Positions 1-10,144 of a stretch of DNA of 64,000 nucleotides are shown piece after piece. This stretch comes from Macrostomum lignano (lineage: Eukaryota), in assembly GCA_002269645.1 (NCBI GenBank), contig NIVC01000040.1:930001-994000 (forward strand). Reading direction: 5' to 3'. Position numbers and translations under genes: made by a program. Position 1 is the first letter of the stretch. Every line of letters begins with the position of its first letter. The notes under the pieces were generated by a model. That model did not search any database. It was not told where the DNA came from and worked only from the letters and a program-made list of their open reading frames with translations.

Positions 1-1883
1 ATTGGTTATTTCCTATACTTGTATATTTACTGATAGCATATGTACTTTTATTGGTAGCATATATACTTTTAGCCTGAGCAGTCTAATGGCACTATATTTC
101 TAATTCTATATATCCCCCAGTTTTCTCCTCTAAGAGGGTTTCTCTCAGTCCAGGCATTACTGGGATCAGAGGGTCATAGCTTTTTTGCTGGGTATTCTAC
201 CCTAGGCCTAAGGTAGGTTTCTTAGACTCTAAGTCTAGATCTCTCTATTACCCTGTGGTAGGATTTCTGCCTTTTAAAGGCAAATTCTCCTGTTCTGAAT
301 CTGGATGTCTTGTTCTTTGAAAATAATTTGAATTCTCCCAGTCTTGGGGTTTCTAGTGCTTCTAAATAACTAAGTCAAAAAGTATTGATCAAGCTTCAAT
401 TCAAGATACTAAAATAGACTATAAACCCAAAGCAAGTGGCAAGTTGTTTCTTCTCTTGCTAACAGCTCGTGTATTTATATTCCTTTTCAGTAAGTTTTAA
501 AACAAATAAAATTTTGTAATATTTATAATATTTACAATATTTTTGATATTATACTCATTAAAACAAAATAGCCTAATTTCAAATGCAATACTTTCTAGGA
601 TAATAACAAAGCCTATTTCATTAAGAAGACAAAAGTATTCTTAGAATTTTTTTGTGCACAAAAGCAAAATTTTGGCATAATCTGGTTAAAGCCAAAGATT
701 CAAATTATCCAATGTGCCAATTATATTAGTAAAGGCAATCTGAACTTGGGTTTTTATTGCACCTATGCTTTTATTGCTTATATATAGGATTGTTGTATAC
801 ATGCATAGGTCACTGGTCAGATTGTCATATTCTATTTCGTCATATTGGATGACAAAGTGATTGTTATAGGTTTGTACTAAACACTGGGCTTAATGCCCTG
901 AATATGTGCCGTAGTACCTTTGGCCTTCTTTTGCCAATGTCTGCTTGGCACCATTTAAACTTTATATTTATTTTACTTATTTCCAAGCGGTTTGCCTTTA
1001 GTTAGGCTCTTGTGCTCAATACAGGCAAATGAAATAGTCTATGATCATATTTCAGTTAAAAATAAACTTTAATCTGCTCGGGCAAAAGCCAGCCCGCAGC
1101 AGTAATCAAAAGCAAAGTAGCTTGAAAAATAATATGACAAAGTGACCAAACATTTATTTATGCTGGATACTTCGTCATCAACCAACGCAATCTGTGTGGG
1201 ATTTGAGTTTGTGTAAGCTATTTTTTGTTTAATAACAATAAGTTGTGGCAAGCAGAATTGATCGACAGGTTTTATCAGATGACATATTAGATGACATTAG
1301 ATGACAAAATGACTGGGATCATTAGGATTCCAAGATATGTTTGATTGTTACATTAATTCACTTGAAGTTGGAACTAATATGATTAGTAGATGACGAAATG
1401 ACTCTCTTCAGGTAGTGCATGTTAATTAAGATGACAAAGTGACCATAGTTAAGGTGAGCACCCCAGACACCCAGATGACAAAATGACAGATGACGAAATG
1501 ACTAGGAACCCATGCATGCATAGCACTTGGTTAAAAATCTCTATAGTCCATCTGTCTTTAATTTAACTTCACAAGTTAAATGCTTTAACTATTAGTGTAT
1601 ATTATTATATAAATTCATACATAACATCTGGCTAATTTGGCTAAATTTTTCTGGTTTTATTTTTCACAAGTGACTAAAATTAATGATTGTCTAAGGCAAC
1701 ACCATATGCAAAAGTACATTGTCATCTCATAAATTTATTTTTATTCTTTAGCCCTGAATGAGTTTACAATTAATTTCCATCCTTTGTAAACTTGAATAAG
1801 CAGCAAACTCCTGTCATAGCACCTGCATACCCTAAGACAATCCAATGCATTACAGTTGTTAACCAGTCAGCCATAGTCAATTG

Positions 1884-2231
1884 ATGCCGCCAAAAAATCA
1901 GAAGCCCGACCCGAAAAAGTCGGCGCCAGCTAAGAAGAAAGATGCCGGATCCAGCGGCGGCAAGGCTAAGAAAAAGAAGTGGTCCAAAGGAAAGGTTCGC
2001 GACAAGCTCAATAATATGTGCCTGTTTGATCAGGCCACATATGACAAGCTCTACAAGGAGGTGCCAGCCTACAAGCTGATCACTCCGTCTGTGGTTAGCG
2101 AGCGATTGAAAATCCGGGTGAGCCTGGCCAGAGCTTCCCTGCTCGAGCTGGAGCGCAAAGGGCTTATTAAGCCCGTGTCTAAGCACCATGCCCAGTTCAT
2201 CTACACCAAGACTACTAAGACCGAGGCCTGA
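1884..2231 (+). CDS. RPS25: 40S ribosomal protein S25 (eS25), intronless, copy 1
   Basis: MPPK...[56 protein letters not shown] is the eS25 signature. True ATG at 1884; AATAAA at 2317-2322. Confidence 0.96.
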   Translation: MPPKNQKPDPKKSAPAKKKDAGSSGGKAKKKKWSKGKVRDKLNNMCLFDQATYDKLYKEVPAYKLITPSVVSERLKIRVSLARASLLELERKGLIKPVSKHHAQFIYTKTTKTEA

Positions 2232-2490
2232 GCATCTTAAAGATAGGTTGACTTGAAAACCTGGACTGATTCATTGTTTAGGAAATTTGTCTGTATTGAA
2301 TTGGAATCTATGATTAAATAAAATGTGAAAGCACTTGATTGTGGCTGTTGCTTAAGTGGAATTCTGTGACTTTTTCATGTCTGCTTCCTTTTAGTTTATG
2401 TAAAAATAATGTATAGAATAGACCCCCTCACTAAGCTTGGATCTCAGTATCTTTCAGATTTTTATAATTCTGGGCTTGTACTAATTGCTT

Positions 2491-3090
2491 CAGATCCTCA
2501 GGTAGGGTGGCAGCTATTCTCCAAGATCCTCAGGTAGGGTGACAACTATTCTCCCAGATCCTCAGGTAGGGTGGCAGCTATTCTCCCAGGGCCAGATCCT
2601 CAGGTAGGATGACAACTGTTCTCCCAGATCCTCAGTTAGGGTGGCAGCTATTCTCCCAGATTCTCAGGTAGGGTGACAACTATTCTCCCAGATCCTTAGG
2701 TAGGGTGGCAGCTATTCTCCCAGATCCTCAGTTAGGGTGACAAATATTCTCCCAGATCCTTAGGTAGGGTGACAAATATTCTCCCAGATCCTCAGGTAGA
2801 GGGACAACTATTCTCCCAGATCCTCAGGTAGAGGGACAACTATTCTCCCAGATCCTCAGGTAGAGGGACAACTATTCTCCCAGATCCTCAGGTAGAGGGA
2901 CAACTATTCTCCCAGATCCTCAGGTAGAGGGACAACTATTCTCCCAGATCCTCAGGTAGAGGGACAACTATTCTCCCATATTCCCAGGTAGGGTGACAAA
3001 TATTCTCCCAGATCCTCAGGTAGAGGGACAACTATTCTCCCATATTCCCAGGTAGGGTGACATTTACATATTCGCCGAAATCCTCAGGTC
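2491..3090. repeat. 32-bp minisatellite (cagatcctcaggtagggtgacaactattctcc), copy 1
   Basis: Tandem 32-bp units with a few variant types. Confidence 0.95.
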
Positions 3091-3249
3091 CCAGTAATTA
3101 CGTAGATTATTCTGTTTATTACTGACATGCCTAATAATTGAAAGGCTTTTATTAATTGTTTTTACTAATTGAAGACTCTTGACAAATTAAACTGACTCCT
3201 CTACTTGATAAATTTCAGATCAGCCAATTGAGCTCACACTCGCACAGTC

Positions 3250-3516
3250 ATGGCCTACATACACCTCAGCATTACAATACCAATAATCTTCTGTATTCTA
3301 GTGGGCCAATTTAGTAACCTGGCATCGGCCGTCACACTGAAACAGGGCCAAGACGATCCTAGCGTGTACATTCATTACGATACTAGCCTGTTTCATATTG
3401 GCCTGCACTGCGGCGTCTCCTTGGTGATTTGCTACGCTATACTGTGCTCAATTTGGCTAATAGTACAAGGCGTTATCTACGTCACTGGGACTAAACGAAT
3501 CCAGCGTCATGGCTAG
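3250..3516 (+). CDS. Small predicted type I membrane protein (88 aa), copy 1
   Basis: ATG start after cgcacag|tc; hydrophobic N-terminus ending NLASA, short polar ectodomain, long hydrophobic segment, basic tail TKRIQRHG; AATAAA at 3538-3543. Confidence 0.55.
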   Translation: MAYIHLSITIPIIFCILVGQFSNLASAVTLKQGQDDPSVYIHYDTSLFHIGLHCGVSLVICYAILCSIWLIVQGVIYVTGTKRIQRHG

Positions 3517-4267
3517 CTTTGAGTATCTGAAGATTTTAATAAACAGTAATATAACATATTGCTAAGAACTTTATGTTAGCAACGCGTGTATTGACTGCCC
3601 GACAAAAAAATTAATGTGCCATACTTTGTGCAGTGCTCAGAAGTGCTCAGAAAAGAAACACTCTCAGCTCAGTGGTGCATTCATTTTATAGGGCTTGTGT
3701 ACGAAAAGTGGCTAGGGGGTTGTTGTGATGGCCAAACACCCAGGGCACAGAGAGTGTGCATGCCTGACTATTTGAAAGTCATAAAAGGGCCCGCTGTACA
3801 CCCTGTGTGTGCGTGTGTATGAGATTTTTCCTTTTCTTATAATTTGTTTTTTATTTGTACAGGAAGCGAAGCGACTATCAATCTGCATTCAGGCTTGTTT
3901 GATTATCGCTCTGCTTCCATTTAGTGTATTATACACTCGCGTTTTATAGTCGGTACTAGTAGTAGTGCGTATTTAATATTTTTTATTTACTAGTACGTGT
4001 CCTAGCTAACCTCTATTCCTTAATGCGTTCTAGTCTTTTTACTCTAGTGCGAACTTTTGAATCAGATTTTTATGATTAGTGCGAATAATTTTTGTTCTGA
4101 TTTCACGTGTTTTTTTTACCATGTTTTCCTTCCAAAGTATACAACGCGCGTTCTTTTCTACTTGTAGGTTTATAATAAATAGTAGTATAACTTGAGTGTC
4201 TCACTCTTCGAAGGTCGCTCAGTCGGTATCACATAGACCTAATTTTCATATCACTATAAGTTGCAAG

Positions 4268-4405
4268 CATCAAAGCATCACTTCACCATCAGCATCACTT
4301 GCCCATCAGCATCACTTGCCCATCAGCATCACTTCCTCATCAGTATCACAATTCCTCATCAGCATCACTTCCTCATCAGTATCACTTCTTCATCAGCATC
4401 ATTTC
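4268..4405. repeat. catcagcatcacttcct-type short tandem repeat, copy 1
   Basis: Degenerate ~17-bp units. Confidence 0.85.
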
Positions 4406-6825
4406 CCTTAGCTACAAAACACTGCTGCTTATCGGTCTGAATTTTCTATATTAAACATCGTCGTAGGGAAATACGAGTGCTCGTATTTTGGTCTTAAAAA
4501 TTAGGTCTTGTGATGAGAATATTTACTGTATTAACTGCCTTTTGCGACAACAATATTTAGCTTTTGTTTTCTCACTTTTTATGGCTATACTTTAGTTATT
4601 AGCTTATTTAATTAAATATATATATATATATAATTTATAGAGCTTCTCCTTGACAGAGTTTGTCGCAATAAAAAAATCCATTTATATGTGAATCTTTGCG
4701 ACTAACTGCTTGAAAGTAACAAGTCAGTTGCTAATATTTAAGTGAACTTGAACATCGCCATTCGCCGCTGATCTTCGCTGTACGTAGACTCGTCAAGATT
4801 GTCACCAAAATTGTTGTAGGGGTTATTTCTATCCCTAATATAATCTTTACAAACTGCTACCAAGTTGTAACAGGGGTTAATTCTATCCTGTTGTTACCAA
4901 ATTTTGTACTAGGCCTAGGGTTATTTCTTACTACTTGATTTTATTGGTTATTTCCTATACTTGTATATTTACTGATAGCATATGTACTTTTATTGGTAGC
5001 ATATATACTTTTAGCCTGAGCAGTCTAATGGCACTATATTTCTAATTCTATATATCCCCCAGTTTTCTCCTCTAAGAGGGTTTCTCTCAGTCCAGGCATT
5101 ACTGGGATCAGAGGGTCATAGCTTTTTTGCTGGGTATTCTACCCTAGGCCTAAGGTAGGTTTCTTAGACTCTAAGTCTAGATCTCTCTATTACCCTGTGG
5201 TAGGATTTCTGCCTTTTAAAGGCAAATTCTCCTGTTCTGAATCTGGATGTCTTGTTCTTTGAAAATAATTTGAATTCTCCCAGTCTTGGGGTTTCTAGTG
5301 CTTCTAAATAACTAAGTCAAAAAGTATTGATCAAGCTTCAATTCAAGATACTAAAATAGACTATAAACCCAAAGCAAGTGGCAAGTTGTTTCTTCTCTTG
5401 CTAACAGCTCGTGTATTTATATTCCTTTTCAGTAAGTTTTAAAACAAATAAAATTTTGTAATATTTATAATATTTACAATATTTTTGATATTATACTCAT
5501 TAAAACAAAATAGCCTAATTTCAAATGCAATACTTTCTAGGATAATAACAAAGCCTATTTCATTAAGAAGACAAAAGTATTCTTAGAATTTTTTTGTGCA
5601 CAAAAGCAAAATTTTGGCATAATCTGGTTAAAGCCAAAGATTCAAATTATCCAATGTGCCAATTATATTAGTAAAGGCAATCTGAACTTGGGTTTTTATT
5701 GCACCTATGCTTTTATTGCTTATATATAGGATTGTTGTATACATGCATAGGTCACTGGTCAGATTGTCATATTCTATTTCGTCATATTGGATGACAAAGT
5801 GATTGTTATAGGTTTGTACTAAACACTGGGCTTAATGCCCTGAATATGTGCCGTAGTACCTTTGGCCTTCTTTTGCCAATGTCTGCTTGGCACCATTTAA
5901 ACTTTATATTTATTTTACTTATTTCCAAGCGGTTTGCCTTTAGTTAGGCTCTTGTGCTCAATACAGGCAAATGAAATAGTCTATGATCATATTTCAGTTA
6001 AAAATAAACTTTAATCTGCTCGGGCAAAAGCCAGCCCGCAGCAGTAATCAAAAGCAAAGTAGCTTGAAAAATAATATGACAAAGTGACCAAACATTTATT
6101 TATGCTGGATACTTCGTCATCAACCAACGCAATCTGTGTGGGATTTGAGTTTGTGTAAGCTATTTTTTGTTTAATAACAATAAGTTGTGGCAAGCAGAAT
6201 TGATCGACAGGTTTTATCAGATGACATATTAGATGACATTAGATGACAAAATGACTGGGATCATTAGGATTCCAAGATATGTTTGATTGTTACATTAATT
6301 CACTTGAAGTTGGAACTAATATGATTAGTAGATGACGAAATGACTCTCTTCAGGTAGTGCATGTTAATTAAGATGACAAAGTGACCATAGTTAAGGTGAG
6401 CACCCCAGACACCCAGATGACAAAATGACAGATGACGAAATGACTAGGAACCCATGCATGCATAGCACTTGGTTAAAAATCTCTATAGTCCATCTGTCTT
6501 TAATTTAACTTCACAAGTTAAATGCTTTAACTATTAGTGTATATTATTATATAAATTCATACATAACATCTGGCTAATTTGGCTAAATTTTTCTGGTTTT
6601 ATTTTTCACAAGTGACTAAAATTAATGATTGTCTAAGGCAACACCATATGCAAAAGTACATTGTCATCTCATAAATTTATTTTTATTCTTTAGCCCTGAA
6701 TGAGTTTACAATTAATTTCCATCCTTTGTAAACTTGAATAAGCAGCAAACTCCTGCCATAGCACCTGCATACCCTAAGACAATCCAATGTATTACAGTTG
6801 TTAACCAGCCAGCCATAGTCAATTG

Positions 6826-7173
6826 ATGCCGCCAAAAAATCAGAAGCCCGACCCGAAAAAGTCGGCGCCAGCTAAGAAGAAAGATGCCGGATCCAGCGGC
6901 GGCAAGGCTAAGAAAAAGAAGTGGTCCAAAGGAAAGGTTCGCGACAAGCTCAATAACATGTGCCTGTTTGATCAGGCCACATATGACAAGCTCTACAAGG
7001 AGGTGCCAGCCTACAAGCTGATCACTCCGTCTGTGGTTAGCGAGCGATTGAAAATCCGGGTGAGCCTGGCCAGAGCCGCCCTGCTCGAGCTGGAGCGCAA
7101 AGGGCTTATTAAGCCCGTGTCTAAGCACCATGCCCAGTTCATCTACACCAAGACTACTAAGACCGAGGCCTGA
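6826..7173 (+). CDS. RPS25: 40S ribosomal protein S25 (eS25), intronless, copy 2
   Basis: Same as copy 1 except RAALL versus RASLL and synonymous changes. Confidence 0.96.
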   Translation: MPPKNQKPDPKKSAPAKKKDAGSSGGKAKKKKWSKGKVRDKLNNMCLFDQATYDKLYKEVPAYKLITPSVVSERLKIRVSLARAALLELERKGLIKPVSKHHAQFIYTKTTKTEA

Positions 7174-7432
7174 GCATCTTAAAGATAGGTTGAGTTAAAC
7201 ATCTGGACTGAATGATTGTTTAGGAAATTTGTCTGTATTGAATTGGAATCTATGATTAAATAAAATGTGAAAGCACTTGATTGTGGCTGTTGCTTAAGTG
7301 GAATTCTGTGAATTTTTCATGACTGCTTCGTTTTAGTTTATATAAAAATAATGTATAGAATAGACCCACTCACTAAGCTTGGATCTCAGTATCTTTCAGA
7401 TTTTTATAATTCTGGGCTTGTACTAATTGCTT

Positions 7433-8282
7433 CAGATCCTCAGGTAGGGTGACAACTATTCTCCCAGATCCTCAGGTAGGGTGACAACTATTCTCCCAGA
7501 TCCTCAGGCAGGGTGACAAATATTCTCCCAGATCCTCAAGTAGGGTGGCAGCTATTCTCCCAGATCCTCAGGTAGGGTGGCAGCTATTCTCCCAGATCCT
7601 CAGGTAGAGGGACAACTATTCTCCCAGATCCTCAGGTAGGGTGACAACTATTCTCCCAGATCCTCAGGTAGGATGGCAGCTATTCTCCCAGATCCTCAGG
7701 TAGAGGGACAACTATTCTCCCAGATCCTCAGGTAGAGGGACAACTATTCTCCCAGATCCTCAGGCAGGGTGGCAGCTATTCTCCCAGATCCTCAGGTAGG
7801 GTGACAAATATTCTCCCAGATCCTCAAGTAGGGTGGCAGCTATTCTCCCAGATCCTCAGGTAGAGGGACAACTATTCTCCCAGATCCTCAGGTAGGGTGA
7901 CAACTATTCTCCCAGATCCTCAGGTAGGGTGGCAGCTATTCTCCCAGATCCTCAGGTAGGGTGACAACTATTCTCCCAGATCCTCAGATAGGGTGGCAGC
8001 TATTCTCCCAGATCCTCAGGTAGAGGGACAACTATTCTCCCAGATCCTCAGGTAGGGTGGCAGCTATTCTCCCAGATCCTCAGGTAGGGGGACAACTATT
8101 CTCCCAGATCCTCAGGTAGGGTGGCAGCTATTCTCCCAGATCCTCAGGTAGGGTGGCAGCTATTCTCCCAAATCCTCAGGTAGGGTGGCAGCTATTCTCC
8201 CAGATCCTCAGGTAGAGGGACAACTATTCTCCCAGATCCTCAGGTAGGGGGACATTTACATATTCGCCGAAATCCTCAGGTC
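7433..8282. repeat. 32-bp minisatellite, copy 2 (about 250 bp longer)
   Basis: Same unit as 2491-3090 with more copies and a different variant order. Confidence 0.95.
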
Positions 8283-8450
8283 CCAGTAATTACGTAGATT
8301 ATTCTGTTTATTACTGACATGCCTAATAATTGAAAGGCTTTTATTAATTGTTTTTACTAATTGAAGACTCTTGACAAATTAAACTGACTCCTCTACTTGA
8401 TAAATTTCTGATCAGCCAATTGAGCTCACACTCGCACAGTCTTGGCCTAC

Positions 8451-8708
8451 ATGTACCTCAGCATTACAATGCCAATAATCTTCTGTATTCTAGTGGGCCA
8501 ATTTAGTAACCTGGCATCGGCCGTCACACTGAAACAGGGCCAAGACGATCCTAGCGTGTACATTCATTACGACACTAGCCTGTTTCATATTGGCCTGCAC
8601 TGCGGCGTCTCCTTGGTGATTTGCTACGCTATACTGTGCTCAATTTGGCTAATAGTACAAGGCGTTATCTACGTCACTGGGACTAAACGAATCCAGCGTC
8701 ATGGCTAG
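8451..8708 (+). CDS. Small predicted type I membrane protein (85 aa), copy 2
   Basis: First ATG is changed to TTG (8442) but a new in-frame ATG appears at 8451; the rest of the ORF and the AATAAA are conserved. Confidence 0.5.
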   Translation: MYLSITMPIIFCILVGQFSNLASAVTLKQGQDDPSVYIHYDTSLFHIGLHCGVSLVICYAILCSIWLIVQGVIYVTGTKRIQRHG

Positions 8709-9454
8709 CTTTGAGGATCTGAAGATTTTAATAAACAGTAATATAACATATTGCTAAGAACTTTATGTTAGCAACGCGTGTATTGACTGCCCGACAAAAA
8801 AATTAATGTGCCATACTTTGTGCAGTGCTCAGAAGTGCTCAGAAAAGAAACACTCTCAGCTCAGTGGTGCATTCATTTTATAGGGCTTGTGTACGAAAAG
8901 TGGCTAGGGGGTTGTTGTGATGGCCAAACACCCAGGGCACAGAGAGTGTGCATGCCTGACTATTTGAAAGTCATAAAAGGGCCCGCTGTACACCCTGTGT
9001 GTGCGTGTGTATGAGATTTTTCCTTTTCTTATAATTTGTTTTTTATTTGTACAGGAAGCGAAGCGACTATCAATCTGCATTCAGGCTTGTTTGATTATCG
9101 CTCTGCTTCCATTTAGTGTATTATACACTCGCGTTTTATAGTCGGTACTAGTAGTAGTGCGTATTTAATATTTTTTATTTACTAGTACGTGTCCTAGCTA
9201 ACCTCTATTCCTTAATGCGTTCTAGTCTTTTTACTCTAGTGCGAACTTTTAAATCAGATTTTTATGATTAGTGCGAATAATTTTTGTTCTGATTTCACGT
9301 GTTTTTTACCATTTTTCCTTCCAAAGTATAGAACGCGCGTTCTTTTCTATTTTAGGTTTATTATAAATAGTAGTATAACTTGAGTGTCTCACTCTTCGAA
9401 GGTCGCTTAGTCGGTATCACATAGACCTAATTTTCATATCACTATAAGTTGCAA

Positions 9455-9750
9455 GCATCAAAGCATCACTTCCTTATCAGCATCACTTCCTCATCAGCAT
9501 CACTTCCTCATCAGCATCACTTCCTCATCAGCATCACTTCCTCATCAGCATCACTTCCTCATCAGCATCACTTCCTCATCAGCATCACTTCCTCATCAGC
9601 ATCACTTCCTCATCAGCATCACTTCACTACCAGCATCACTTCACCATCAGCATCACTTGCCCATCAGCTTCACAATTCCTCATCAGTATCACAATTCCTC
9701 ATCAGCATCACTTCCTCATCAGTATCACTTCCTCATCAGCATCATTTCCC
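9455..9750. repeat. catcagcatcacttcct-type short tandem repeat, copy 2 (expanded)
   Basis: 17-bp units, longer than in copy 1. Confidence 0.9.
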
Positions 9751-10144
9751 TTAGCTACAAAACACTGCTGCTTATCGGTCTGAATTTTCTATATTAAAAC
9801 ATCGTCGTAGGGAAATACGAGTGCTCGTATTTTGGTCTTAAAAATTAGGTCTTGTGATGAGAATGTTTACTGTATTAACTGCCTTTTGCGACAACAATAT
9901 TTAGCTTTTGTTTTCTCACTTTTTATGGCTATACTTTAGTTATTAGCTTATTTAATTAAATATATATATATATATATATAATTTATAGAGCTTCTCCTTG
10001 ACAGAGTTTGTCGCAATAAAAAAATCCATTTATATGTGAATCTTTGCGACTAACTGCTTGAAAGTAACAAGTCAGTTGCTAATATTTAAGTGAACTTGAA
10101 CATCGCCATTCGCCGCTGATCTTCGCTGTACGTAGACTCGTCAA

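Larger units (their letters stand above)
1..4796. repeat. Tandem segmental duplication A, copy 1 (starts before the window)
   Basis: Position 1 matches 4943 (offset 4942, rising to 5192 after the longer minisatellite). Shared sequence ends at ...gtagactcgtcaa (4796 / 10144). Confidence 0.97.
4797..10144. repeat. Tandem segmental duplication A, copy 2
   Basis: Near-identical to 1-4796 from 4943 onward; all ORFs are duplicated (1069/6011, 1881/6823, 3250/8442, 3616/8808). Confidence 0.95.

Noticed and set aside
1770-2189. 139-aa minus-strand ORF (and copy at 6712-7131)
   Set aside because: Antisense shadow of RPS25.
3250-3516. Resemblance of the 88-aa protein to herpesvirus glycoprotein N
   Set aside because: Only topology and size are similar; no shared motif and no viral genes nearby.
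1-10144. Duplication A as a transposon carrying RPS25
   Set aside because: No TIR, LTR, Helitron end or TSD found; the unit includes the neighbouring gene's 3' flank, which fits a plain tandem duplication.
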